DNA of 64,000 nucleotides from an uncultured Gemmatimonadaceae bacterium (GCA_963716745.1 OY970320.1:1408001-1472000), one strand, 5' to 3'; shown: positions 20,649 to 30,643, counted from the first letter of the stretch. Program-made: numbers and translations. The notes: generated from the sequence alone by a model not told the origin.

Positions 20649-21749
20649 CTACAGGTGCGAGCCGTTCTGATAGAACGGGAGCTTCACGACGGATCCCTTC
20701 ACGCGCTTGCCGCGGATCTCGATCTCGATCGGCTGTCCTTCCTTCGCGAACGCGGTGGGCACGTACGCCGTGCCGATCGGGATACCCAGACTCGGGCTCA
20801 GCGTGCCGCTCCGCACCTCGCCACTCGCTTCTCCATTCACGAACACGGGGTAGCCGTGGCGCGGAAACGCGCGCTCTTCGCTCGTGAATCCGATGAGCTT
20901 CTTCGGTATTCCTGCCTCTTTCTGCGCGACGAGCGCATTCCGTCCCACGAAGTCGCCTTTCTTCAGCTTGACCAGCCAGCCAAGGTTGGCTTCGAGCGGC
21001 GTGACACCGCTGTCGATGTCGTTGCCGTAGAGCGCCATTCCCATTTCGAGACGAAGCGAATCTCTGCAGCCAAGTCCGACGGGGGTGATCGACTTCGTGT
21101 CCATGAGGACCTTCCAGAGGCGCAGGCTGTCCTTCGCGGCGTGATAGAGCTCGAAGCCATCTTCGCCGGTGTAGCCCGTCCGCGAGATGATCGCCTTCAC
21201 CCCGCCGACCTCGCCCTCCGCGAAATGGTAATACTTGATCGACGACAGGTCGGTGGACGTCAGTCGTTGGAGGATCTCCGCGGTCTTCGGTCCCTGCACC
21301 GCGAGCAGCGCCATCTCATCGCTGATGTTCTTGACCGTCACCTTGAACGCCTTGGCGTACTTCATGATGTGCGCGAGGTCTTTGTCGATGTTCGAGGCGT
21401 TCACGACCATCATGATCCGGTCGGCCGCGCGGTACACGAGGCAATCATCCTCGATCGTGCCGCGTTCGTTCAGGATCGTGGAGTAATGCACCTGGCCGAT
21501 CGCGAGCGCGGCGACGTCGTTCGTGGTGACGTGATTCACGAACGCGACCGCATCCTCGCCGCGGATGTCGAACTCGCCCATGTGGCTGACGTCGAACACG
21601 CCGGCGCTCTCGCGCACCGTCTTGTGTTCGACCGTGATCCCGGTGGGGTACTGCACGGGCATCTCGAAGCCCGCGAAGGGGACCATCTTGGCGCCCAGGG
21701 CGACGTGGATCGCGTGGAAGGGCGTCTTCTTGAGCGGGGCGTCAGACAT
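20649..21749 (-). CDS. gcvT: Glycine cleavage system aminomethyltransferase T
   Basis: GAKMVPFAGFEMPVQY, FDVSHMG, SRTGYTGEDGFE, GLGCRDSLRLEMG. Confidence 0.97.
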   Translation of the reverse strand: MSDAPLKKTPFHAIHVALGAKMVPFAGFEMPVQYPTGITVEHKTVRESAGVFDVSHMGEFDIRGEDAVAFVNHVTTNDVAALAIGQVHYSTILNERGTIEDDCLVYRAADRIMMVVNASNIDKDLAHIMKYAKAFKVTVKNISDEMALLAVQGPKTAEILQRLTSTDLSSIKYYHFAEGEVGGVKAIISRTGYTGEDGFELYHAAKDSLRLWKVLMDTKSITPVGLGCRDSLRLEMGMALYGNDIDSGVTPLEANLGWLVKLKKGDFVGRNALVAQKEAGIPKKLIGFTSEERAFPRHGYPVFVNGEASGEVRSGTLSPSLGIPIGTAYVPTAFAKEGQPIEIEIRGKRVKGSVVKLPFYQNGSHL

Positions 21750-21849
21750 TGGACCGTTCAGTATGGTAGGGCCCGGGAATATGCCTGAACGGCAGACAGA
21801 CTGCCACTCCCTCTTTTCACCGAGTCAGAATCATCGGCCGAACCAGAAA

Positions 21850-21950
21850 CAAGAAACTTTGACAGGATTAACAAGATGGACCGGATGGCCGCGCGTCCGT
21901 CGCGGTCATCCGGTCCATCTTGTTAATCCTGTCAAAGCAGTTGTTTCTTG
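21850..21950. repeat. Palindromic element, TTTGACAGGATTAACA family, copy 1
   Basis: CTTTGACAGGATTAACAAGATGGACCGGATG ... CATCCGGTCCATCTTGTTAATCCTGTCAAAG. Confidence 0.85.
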
Positions 21951-21960
21951 AATCCTGTCG

Positions 21961-23934
21961 CTAGAACCCCGACTGCAGCGCCTGGAAGAGTGTCGTGATG
22001 TTGAACCGCGCCGGGTCCATCTCGTAGAAGCGATTGTCCAGGTACCGGCCCGTCACCGGAAAGTACGGCGGCGATTGCTGGCTCATGCATTGGTCCACGC
22101 TGCGATTCTCACCGTAGCCGTCGCCGCTATTCGTGAACGTGGCGGAGATGACGTTCTGGATCACGCCACCGGCCTGCCGGATGCAGCCGCGTCCTGAGTT
22201 CGCGATGCCGCAATTGTGCAGGTGCTCGGGATGCGCACCGAAATTCTCGACGCCGATCGTGCCCGTGCGGCTCATCATCACGCCGTCGAACACGAAGTCG
22301 TTGGAGGTGAACATTCCGTTATCGTCGCCGTCCGTCCACCGGTATGGGAAGCCGACCGCGGCGCGCTGCGGCGAATTGATGGCGTTGTCGGCGATCATCT
22401 GATTCCCGTCCGACAGCACGCCGAGAAGATTCGCGCAGAGCGTGGTGGATGGGTCCTGCGCGTACACGAGATCGTCAATGTACAGCACGTCGCCGTGCTG
22501 GCCACCGAAGGTCTGCGCGTAGATGGTCACCTTGCCGCGCAGCACGCCGCTGAGCGCGATGGGACCGTGCACATGGATCGCGCCGTGCGAGCCGGGGTTG
22601 ATGCCCTTGTAGAGTGGCCAGAGCCATTTGTCCTGTTCCAAATAGCCGGCGTATTTCGTGCCGACCGGGATCGCGGCAAGCACCGCCGTGGTATTGCCGG
22701 AAGCCCCGCCCCACCGCTGCCAGTAGCCAAAGCTGGTGCTATCGGTGAAGGTCGTGTCCTCACCGCCCTTCTGCCAGTCGGCCGGCACGGGCGCGGGGCT
22801 CGAGAGTTTCGACGGGCGCTCGGTAGCGACCAGATGCGGATCGCCGCGCGGATAGCAGCGGAAGCCAGGGTTGGCCATGATCGCATCACGCTGCGCGGGC
22901 GTGATCGCACCGGCATACATATCGGCCGGCGGCCCGCCAGCGAACCTCGCGGCCATCCACGGCGCGTTGTGTACGGACACGGGCCAGAACGTCAAGCGCG
23001 CCGGAACGGCCGCGGAATCGACGTGCCAGTCGCCGCACATCGCGTCGGGCCCGCTCGCGCCTACCGGATCGACCCGCACATCAGCGGCGCTATTCCCCTG
23101 GTAGACGCGGAAGAATCCTTCGGATGCGCCGAAGATCTCGCCGTCGTTGTCGAGGTCCACCGGCACGAATTCAATGCGCGTCCGGACGTTCGACGACCCC
23201 GTGCCGTTCGAGATCACATCCAGTTCGCCGTCCAACGCCCGCGTGTGGATGATCGCCAACCTGGTGACCGGCGGGATCGGGATGAACGGCGCGCCGTCGA
23301 TCTTCCCCTTGTGGTAGATCGGCGCGCCGCCGCCTGCGACGCCATGCGCCGAGATCGTATCGTAGTAGTTCGGACTGCCGCACGACTGCCAGTTCTGGTT
23401 GCTGTGTCCGCGGCCGCGGATGAATTCGCCCGTCGCGTAGCATACGCCTGGCCAAATGTTGGTGAACATCGCGAAGCGCGCGAAGTTCTCCGCTTGCAGC
23501 TCGAGGCGGCGCACGAAGTGCGTCCCTGAAACGTCGTACGCCTCGGCGACCACGCTCGCGAACTGGCCGAACTGGCCCGACAGGTTGCCCGAGGGTCCGA
23601 CGTACACGTTGACGTGCACGCGCGGCACGGGGAGCCCATCCGCGCCAATGATCTGGCCGCCGGAGATCAGCGTGACATATCCGCTGTCGGGGAGCACCAG
23701 CGTCGTGTCCTTCACGAGCTGCGCTTTGCCCATGGCGAGCGCCGCCTCCGCCGCGTAGCGGAAGTCGTTCTCGTGGTCGAGATAGTCGCCCACGAGCACA
23801 CCGCTGCTCATCAGCACGAGTGCCGAGAGTGCGAGGGCGGCGAGGGTGACCGTCATGAGAAGGACGAGGATCAGTGCGCTGCCGCGGCGGCGGGGGGCAG
23901 GCTCTTGCTCGAGCAACGTGTGGACTCGGGTCAT
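21961..23934 (-). CDS. Large PilX/GspK-like minor pilin, paralog 2 (~657 aa)
   Basis: RRRG|SALILVLLMTVTL prepilin-like leader without Glu5; FRYAAEAALAMGK; colinear with 24156-26144. Confidence 0.8.
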   Translation of the reverse strand: MTRVHTLLEQEPAPRRRGSALILVLLMTVTLAALALSALVLMSSGVLVGDYLDHENDFRYAAEAALAMGKAQLVKDTTLVLPDSGYVTLISGGQIIGADGLPVPRVHVNVYVGPSGNLSGQFGQFASVVAEAYDVSGTHFVRRLELQAENFARFAMFTNIWPGVCYATGEFIRGRGHSNQNWQSCGSPNYYDTISAHGVAGGGAPIYHKGKIDGAPFIPIPPVTRLAIIHTRALDGELDVISNGTGSSNVRTRIEFVPVDLDNDGEIFGASEGFFRVYQGNSAADVRVDPVGASGPDAMCGDWHVDSAAVPARLTFWPVSVHNAPWMAARFAGGPPADMYAGAITPAQRDAIMANPGFRCYPRGDPHLVATERPSKLSSPAPVPADWQKGGEDTTFTDSTSFGYWQRWGGASGNTTAVLAAIPVGTKYAGYLEQDKWLWPLYKGINPGSHGAIHVHGPIALSGVLRGKVTIYAQTFGGQHGDVLYIDDLVYAQDPSTTLCANLLGVLSDGNQMIADNAINSPQRAAVGFPYRWTDGDDNGMFTSNDFVFDGVMMSRTGTIGVENFGAHPEHLHNCGIANSGRGCIRQAGGVIQNVISATFTNSGDGYGENRSVDQCMSQQSPPYFPVTGRYLDNRFYEMDPARFNITTLFQALQSGF

Positions 23935-24155
23935 GGCGATACCTGGTGCGAGTGGGCGACGGCACCCGGAACATTCCGTCGCACGTGTAAAGAAAGTTTT
24001 CGAATCACGTTCGGGACCTGCCGGAAGCACGATGAGCGGCCTGACACGCGACTGGTGCGTGGTGGCCGCCCTTCGTTTCATAACGTTCGAGTCGCGCCGC
24101 ACCGGCGAGCGGTGCGTCCTTCGTGATGGTCCGCGTCGCGGACCGGTCTCGTCCG

Positions 24156-26144
24156 TTAGAATCCTCCCTGCAGGTTGAAGAACATGTTGGTGACATTGAA
24201 GCGGCCCGGATCGATCTCGTAGAAGCGGTTGTCAATGTACGAGCCGGTGACCGGGAAGTACGGCGGGGACATCTGCAGCATGCACTGGTCCACGCTGCGG
24301 TTCTCGCCGAAGCCCGTGCCGCCGCCGGCGTACGTCGCCGACATGGTCTGCTGGATGACGCCGCCCGCCTGCGTGATGCAGCCGCGGCCGGTCGGAGCGC
24401 CATTGCAGTTCTTCAGATTCTCGGCGTGCGATCCATAGTTCTCGACGCCGATCGTGCCCAAGCGGCTCATCATGACGCCATGGAAGACGAAGTCGTTCGA
24501 CGTGATCATGCCGTTGTCATTGCCGTCGGTCCAGCGGAACGGCATGCCGGTGCCGGCCTGCTGCGGGGAGTTGATCGCATTGTCGGCGATCATCTGGTCG
24601 CCGTCGGAGAGCACGCCCAGCAGATTGGCGCAGAGTACCGCCGCGGGATCCTGCGCGTACACCAGGTCATCGATATAGAGCACGGTGCCGGTGGCGCCGC
24701 CGGTGGTGGCGGCGTACAGGGTGATCTTTCCGCGCAGCACGCCACTGAGCGCGATCGGGCCGTGCACGTGGATCACACCCTTCGTGGTGGTGTTGATGCC
24801 GCGATAGAGCGGCCACAGGCGGGTGGCCTGCGCCTGATAGTTGACGTACTTGTTGCTGGCGCTCATGCCCGCGAGCGCGGTGACGGTGTTGCCGGTGGAA
24901 CCGGGCCACTTCCTCCAATAGCCGTAGCTGGTGCTGTCGGTCCACGTCGTGTCCTCACCGCCCTTCTGATAGTCGGCGGCCACCGGCGCGGGCGACGAGA
25001 GCTTCAGCTTGCGCTCGAAGGCGACGAGGTGCGGATCGCCGGCGCTGTAGCAGCGGAAGCCGTTCGCGTTCGCCATGATCGCATTGCGCTTGGCGATCGC
25101 CGCCGTGGCCGTATTGAACGTGTCGGCCGGCGGCTTGCCGGCGAAGCGCGCCCACATCCACGCCTGGTTGTGCACCGCCGTGGGCCAGAACGTGAGGCGC
25201 GCCGGCGTGGCCGTGGAATCGATGTGCCAGTCGCCGCAGAGGCTGTCGGGCGGCGAGTTGATGCCGGCGCTGTACTGGACGGGCGTGACGCGCAGGCGGT
25301 CGGTGCGATTCGAATTGTAGACGCGGAAGAATCCTTCCGCCGGGCCGGTGATGAGGCCGTCATTGTCGAGGTCGAGCGCGACGAACTCGATGCGCGTACC
25401 CAGGTTCGCCAGCGTGGTCCCGAGCGGCGCGATGTCCAGGTTCCCGGCCGTCGCGTTCGTGTGCAGGTTCGCGAGCTGTGCGACCGACGGGATCGGAATC
25501 ACCTTCGCGCCGTTGATGTAACCCTTCTTGAACACGGCGCTGCTCACAGTGACGGTGGTCACGGCGGAGACGGTGTCGTAGTAAGTGGGCGAGCCGCAGT
25601 TGTTCCAGCCCTGGTTGCTGTGCGCGCGTCCCTTGATGAATTCGCCCGTGCTATAGCAGACGCCGGGGAAGACGTTCGTGAACATCGCGTAGCGCGCGAA
25701 ATTAGTGGCTTCGAGCTCCAGGCGCCGCACATAGTGCGTGCCGCCGGCGTCGTACGCCTCGGCGATCAGGCTCGCGAACTGTCCGAATTGTCCCGTCGTG
25801 TTACCGGTCTTGCCGGCGTAGAGGTTCACATGCACGTTCGGGATCGTCACGCCATCGGCCCCCGTGATCGTGCCGCCCGAGACGAGCGTGACGAATCCGC
25901 TGTCGGGGAGATGGACGGTGGTGTCCTTCGTGATGCGCGCCTTCCCCATGGCGAGCGCCGCTTCGGCCGCGTAGCGGAATTCCCGCTCGCGGTCGTAGTA
26001 CTTGGTGAGCATCGTGCCACTGCCGGTGAGCAGAATCGCGGACATTGCGACCGCCGCGAGCGTCACCGTCATGAGGAGCACGAGGACGAGCGCGGAGCCG
26101 CGACGGTGTCGGCGGCCGGCGTGAGCGCGGGGGAAGCGGGGCAT
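24156..26144 (-). CDS. Large PilX/GspK-like minor pilin, paralog 1 (662 aa)
   Basis: RRG|SALVLVLLMTVTL leader; follows FimT/PilV/PilW-like genes. Confidence 0.82.
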   Translation of the reverse strand: MPRFPRAHAGRRHRRGSALVLVLLMTVTLAAVAMSAILLTGSGTMLTKYYDREREFRYAAEAALAMGKARITKDTTVHLPDSGFVTLVSGGTITGADGVTIPNVHVNLYAGKTGNTTGQFGQFASLIAEAYDAGGTHYVRRLELEATNFARYAMFTNVFPGVCYSTGEFIKGRAHSNQGWNNCGSPTYYDTVSAVTTVTVSSAVFKKGYINGAKVIPIPSVAQLANLHTNATAGNLDIAPLGTTLANLGTRIEFVALDLDNDGLITGPAEGFFRVYNSNRTDRLRVTPVQYSAGINSPPDSLCGDWHIDSTATPARLTFWPTAVHNQAWMWARFAGKPPADTFNTATAAIAKRNAIMANANGFRCYSAGDPHLVAFERKLKLSSPAPVAADYQKGGEDTTWTDSTSYGYWRKWPGSTGNTVTALAGMSASNKYVNYQAQATRLWPLYRGINTTTKGVIHVHGPIALSGVLRGKITLYAATTGGATGTVLYIDDLVYAQDPAAVLCANLLGVLSDGDQMIADNAINSPQQAGTGMPFRWTDGNDNGMITSNDFVFHGVMMSRLGTIGVENYGSHAENLKNCNGAPTGRGCITQAGGVIQQTMSATYAGGGTGFGENRSVDQCMLQMSPPYFPVTGSYIDNRFYEIDPGRFNVTNMFFNLQGGF

Positions 26145-26162
26145 GGCGAGTTCCTATTCCTG

Positions 26163-27333
26163 TTATGGAATGGTGATGGGGCCGGCCTGGACGAGCGTCG
26201 AGTTCGCGGGCGTGCAATCCTGCGCGACCACGGCCCACACCCAGGTACCGGAAGACAACGACGTATCATCGAGCGTGAAGGTGGCGCCGCTCGCCGCGAC
26301 ATCCGCGACGGGCTCGCCCCAATCGGTGTCGGTCTGGTATTTCTTGAACACCATATAGCGTTCGACGTCCTTCTCGCCGTTGTCCTGGTCCACCGAGGCG
26401 GTCCACTGGAGCCGCACCTTGGTGTACGGGCCGCCCGCCGGCAGCGGCGTGGCGGTGAGGCCGGTGACCGGGAGGGGCGCATCGCCGCACATCGTGGCGC
26501 GCACCATGCCGGCATTGATCAGCTTCGTGGAGCTCTCGACCTTGCGGATGATGTCGCCCTTCACCGGATCCTTGAACAATCCCCATGCATGCACGCGCAC
26601 CATGCGCAGCGAGTCCGTCCAGGCGCTCTTGCCCGTATCGGAGGTGGAGCCGTGGAGGGGCGCCGAGTGCAGGAGCGGGAGCTGCGACGGAAGGATCGAA
26701 TCGAGATTGCCGGCGGAGTCGACACGATAGTATGTGAAGAACGCCTGACCGGTGGGGATGATGATGTCCTTCGCCACGAGGTGCGGCGGGATCCGTGTTC
26801 GCGCGGCGCCACAGCACGTACTGGTCCGAGCGCCCCGAAGTGCTGTCGAGCGACACCCAATACTGGATCGTCTCGGCGCGGCTCGGGACCGAATTCGCGA
26901 AGTAGTTGGAATCGGGATAGTGCCACGCGCTGTAGGCGAGCTGCTGCTTGTTCGACGTGTTCATGCTGATGACCGAGTTCGAATCGAGCGTCGGGTCGAA
27001 GTAGATCGAACTGGCGTCCATCGAGTCGGTGGTCGCGAGGTCGGCATTGAAGGTGAGCGCGAACTTGTCGGCCTGCACGATGAGCGGCTGCGTGGACACG
27101 ATGCCGATGCCCGCGATGCGCAGATCGCGGTCGATCGCGTTCTGCGCGAAGCGCGCGTTCTGGAGCGCGTCCTGGCGGCCCGAGCTGGTGCTCACCGAGC
27201 GCGCCTGGAAGCGGAAGAACGGCACGGCGAGGCCGAAGACCATGACGAACAGGAAGAGCGCGATCATCAGTTCGATGAGCGTGACGCCGCGCCGCATGGT
27301 GGAGAGCCGGTGTGAAGTCAGCGTGGTTTTCAT
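26163..27333 (-). CDS. PilW-like minor pilin with C-terminal fibronectin type III-like domain; apparent frameshift ~26780
   Basis: RRG|VTLIELMIAL, QNARFAQNAIDRDLRIAG; C-terminal P.PVTGLTA...VRLQWTASVD...Y.V...W.WAVVA.D. Confidence 0.78.
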
Positions 27334-27753
27334 CAGAAGGCGCGCGATGATGGTGGACTTCTTCACCGGCTTGGACAGACTCGGGTGCGAGACCGTGACC
27401 GTGATGGCGGTGTAGTCGGTGGACGCGTTGCTCGTCCGCAGCACCTGCGTGACGCGTGTGTAGTTCGGGTAACCCGGGATCGCGTTCTCCGTCGCCGCGT
27501 AGGTGGCGTTGAGGGTCGCGTATGACATGCTCGACTTGATCGTTTCGAGACGGTCGATGACGAGGTCCGTGGCGGTCGAACTCAACGAGCCGTTGCTCGT
27601 CGAGTGCTGGAAGCTCGTGATGAAGCGGCCCATGCCGAGCAGCGCGCCGGTGAGGATGACCATCGCGACCATGACCTCCATGAGCGTCATGCCGCGCCGC
27701 GCGGCGAGCAGCCGCCGGCGCATCGGGAGAGGGAGCGGTGAGGCGTTCGTCAT
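27333..27753 (-). CDS. PilV-like minor pilin (apparent frameshift just before the stop; TGA overlaps the next ATG)
   Basis: RRG|MTLMEVMVAMVIL N-methylation motif; C-terminal ITVTVSHP. Confidence 0.8.
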
Positions 27754-28337
27754 AGATTCCCCGGCAGCCAGTGGGCACCAATGTACTTGAACCAGTCCGT
27801 GCGGCCGGTGGATTGCACCACCGTGACGCCGCGATAGTCGGCGTTCTGCGCGCGCCTGGACGTGACGTAGATCTCGAGGTCCGTGTTCGCCGCGCCGTCG
27901 CGGCGGAAGATGATGCTCTTCATCCCGTCCACCGTGACGATGTTCGTGCCGATGATCGATGCGCTCGCGCCGCCGTTCACGCCGGCGGGTGGAATCGCGA
28001 AGTGCACCGAGTCTTCCAGCGTGACCCAGGTCGCCCGCTCACCGGCCGTGTAGGCGTTATTGTTGTTGTTGTCCTCGAGCGTGCGCACGCGCATGTGCAC
28101 CTCGTCGAAGCTCACGACCACGTTGTACTGCCGCGTGACGGCAAGCCGTTGCGCATTCTGCAGCGACATGCGGATCTGGCGCGCCGCGGCATCCACTTGG
28201 AACTGGGTGAAGTTCACGCGAGGATACGCATAAGCCGCGATGATGCCGATGATCACGAGTGTGATGATCAGCTCAATGGCGGTGTAGCCGGTCCGGCTCG
28301 TGGGTATCACGCGGTGCGCAAATCGCGAAGCGTTCAC
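27750..28337 (-). CDS. FimT/FimU/GspH-like minor pilin
   Basis: RTG|YTAIELIITLVIIGIIAAYAYP, LQNAQRLAV, IIFRRDG, TGR. Confidence 0.85.
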   Translation of the reverse strand: MNASRFAHRVIPTSRTGYTAIELIITLVIIGIIAAYAYPRVNFTQFQVDAAARQIRMSLQNAQRLAVTRQYNVVVSFDEVHMRVRTLEDNNNNNAYTAGERATWVTLEDSVHFAIPPAGVNGGASASIIGTNIVTVDGMKSIIFRRDGAANTDLEIYVTSRRAQNADYRGVTVVQSTGRTDWFKYIGAHWLPGNL

Positions 28338-28478
28338 GGTCCTCTCGCATTGTGTCGCCGGCCGGATCTCCGGCTCGACGGGCCCTCTGGATCCATGCCG
28401 GAGTCGCTAGCAGTCGATCGCTGCGCCCGCCGGCACGCACGACAGTCCCTCCAATGCGACCGCGCGCACCCAATATCC

Positions 28479-28495
28479 AAGCAGTTACCATGCCG
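28479..28495 (-). promoter_or_regulatory. Sigma54 (-24/-12) promoter for the minor-pilin operon
   Basis: Minus strand CGGCATGGTAACTGCTT = GG-N10-GC, ~140 bp upstream of the fimT-like start. Confidence 0.65.
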
Positions 28496-28512
28496 TAAGT
28501 TAACTTCATTCA

Positions 28513-28525
28513 AATCAATGAGTTA
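28513..28525 (+). promoter_or_regulatory. IHF-like binding site
   Basis: AATCAATGAGTTA matches WATCAANNNNTTR exactly, in an AT-rich patch just upstream of the sigma54 site. Confidence 0.55.
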
Positions 28526-28741
28526 CAGTTATCCACGCAGCCATCGTCATACGCAATGAATTGCGCCATAGCTACTTAGTTGCATATGCGCAAGACGTGG
28601 CTCCGAACTGACTGATCCCGGCGCCACCCACCGCCGTGATGCGTGACCACCCTGTACCGCAAGTCATCTTTCCATAAGTAGGACTTCTCCAAGCCTCCCG
28701 CTGTCACGCCGACGGCCGTTCAGCAATCCGCCAAGGAATCC

Positions 28742-29587
28742 ATGGGGTTGGTCGCCACGCTGCTGCCTGCAGCGATAAGACAAGAGCGCGTGCGGGCGGC
28801 TTTGCGGGACCGCCACGCCCTCGTCACGTGCGCCACCTGGGACGAGCTGCTGGTGGCGTGCGGGCGCCGGCCGGTCACAGTGGCGCTCGTGGACCTCTAT
28901 CCCGACGCGCCCGGCAGCGACACCACACCGGCCTTCGATGCGCTCCGCCGGCTCCGCCGGCGCTTCCCCAGCGTCACGGTGGTCCTCTATACCTCGGCGT
29001 CGCCGGCGCACGCGCACGACCTATTCGAGGCGGGGCGGTTCGGCATGGAGGGTCTCGTGCTCGCTGACCTGGACGATGACCCACGGCGCTTGCGCGCGAC
29101 CATCGACCAGGCCGAAGCGCGCGGCGCGATCGAGTTGCTGCGCCCGGCGCTCGCGGGGGTGAAGCCCACCGTGCGCGACGCGCTGCTCCTGTGCGTCACC
29201 CGCGCGCACCAACAGCTCAAGCCGGATGAATTGGCGGCCGTGCTGGGGCTGCGCCGCAAGCTGCTTTCGGAGCGGCTGGTGACGGCGGGCTTCCCCACGT
29301 CGCAGCGGCTGATCGCGTGGGGGCGGCTGATCGTCGCAGCTCGGCTGCTGGAGGATCCAGAGCGCACGGCCGACGGCGTCGCGATGGCGCTCGACTATCC
29401 GTCGGGCAGCGCCTTTCGCAACGCGTGCCAGCGGTACGTGCACGCGGCACCACACCAAGTGCGCGCACGCGGCGGAGCCGCGTACGTGATCCGCGAACTC
29501 CTGGCGCAGGCTGGCGTCGCGAGCGATGTGACGCCCACCGCGCGTTCGCTCACGCCAACCGCTCCCCTCCCATCAGTACGGCCATGA
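28742..29587 (+). CDS. Putative transcriptional regulator (receiver-like N-terminus, AraC-like HTH C-terminus)
   Basis: VALVDLY...LRRLRRRFPSVTVVLY; LAAVLGL, WGRLIVAARLL, VAMALDYPSGSAFRNACQRY. Confidence 0.65.
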   Translation: MGLVATLLPAAIRQERVRAALRDRHALVTCATWDELLVACGRRPVTVALVDLYPDAPGSDTTPAFDALRRLRRRFPSVTVVLYTSASPAHAHDLFEAGRFGMEGLVLADLDDDPRRLRATIDQAEARGAIELLRPALAGVKPTVRDALLLCVTRAHQQLKPDELAAVLGLRRKLLSERLVTAGFPTSQRLIAWGRLIVAARLLEDPERTADGVAMALDYPSGSAFRNACQRYVHAAPHQVRARGGAAYVIRELLAQAGVASDVTPTARSLTPTAPLPSVRP

Positions 29588-30536
29588 TCGCCTTCTGCAC
29601 GTGCAGACGATTCTCCGCTTCGTCCCACACGCGGCTCTGAGGCCCATCGATCACCGCCGCTGAGACCTCCTCGCCGCGGTGCGCGGGCAGGCAGTGCAGG
29701 AAGATCGCGTCGGGGTGTGCCGTGCGCATGAGACCGCTGTTCACTTCGTAGCCCGCGAAAGCGCGCGCGCGTTTGTCCTGCTCCTCCTCCTGCCCCATGC
29801 TCGCCCAGACATCCGTGTTCACCACGTGCGCGCCCATCGCGGCCTCGCGCGGATCGCGCACGACGCTCACTCTCGCCGCGCCCTGCGCACGCTTGAGGAT
29901 CTCGGGATCGGGATCGTAGCCTTTGGGGCACGCGAGCGTGAGCTCGAAGCCGAGCACGTAGGCCGCGTTGATCCAGGAGTTGGCCATGTTGTTGCCGTCG
30001 CCGATCCACGCGACCTTCTTGCCGTCCCAGCCGCCGAGGTGCTGCTTGACGGTGAGCAGATCGGCGAGGATCTGGCACGGGTGCAGGAGGTCGGTGAGCC
30101 CGTTGATCACCGGTACGCTGGCGTGATGCGCGAGTTCTTCCACCTCGCTGTGCGCGAAGGTGCGGATCATGATGCCATCGACGTAGCGCGACAGCACGCG
30201 CGCGGTGTCGGCAATGGGTTCGCCGCGTCCGAGCTGGATGTCGCGCGGCGAGAGGAAGAGCGCGTGCCCGCCGAGCTGCCACGCCCCGACCTCGAACGAC
30301 ACGCGGGTGCGCGTGGAGGCCTTCATGAAGATCATGGCGAGCGATTTGCCGGCGAGGGGCTTCTTCGTGTAGCGGCCGAGGCGCATCTTGTCGGCGAGCG
30401 CGAAGAGGGCAATGAGTTCCTTGGCCGTGAAGTCCGGAATGGCCAGGAAGTCGCGGTGGGTGACTGCTGCGGGCTGTCGGCTGTCGGCTGTCGCGTGCGT
30501 GGGCCGGCGCTTCGTGGGCTTCTTTTTGGGAGGCAT
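29550..30536 (-). CDS. argF: Ornithine carbamoyltransferase
   Basis: STRTRVSFE, HPCQ, GDGNNM, DVWASMG, HCLP, AENRLH; start uncertain. Confidence 0.95.
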   Translation of the reverse strand: MPPKKKPTKRRPTHATADSRQPAAVTHRDFLAIPDFTAKELIALFALADKMRLGRYTKKPLAGKSLAMIFMKASTRTRVSFEVGAWQLGGHALFLSPRDIQLGRGEPIADTARVLSRYVDGIMIRTFAHSEVEELAHHASVPVINGLTDLLHPCQILADLLTVKQHLGGWDGKKVAWIGDGNNMANSWINAAYVLGFELTLACPKGYDPDPEILKRAQGAARVSVVRDPREAAMGAHVVNTDVWASMGQEEEQDKRARAFAGYEVNSGLMRTAHPDAIFLHCLPAHRGEEVSAAVIDGPQSRVWDEAENRLHVQKAIMAVLMGGERLA

Positions 30537-30643
30537 GGACCCAAAGTTAGCGGCTCGCTGAGCAGGGGCGCCAGCGGAGCTATTGCGTGTACGTGGTGTA
30601 TCGAGCATGGATTAGGTGTGGGCCTTAGCCCCGGGAGGGCACG

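Noticed and set aside
21750..21850. Glycine riboswitch upstream of gcvT
   Set aside because: Only a CCGTTCAG/CTGAACGG hairpin is present; the GGAGA...CCGAAG...CTCTCAGG core is not found
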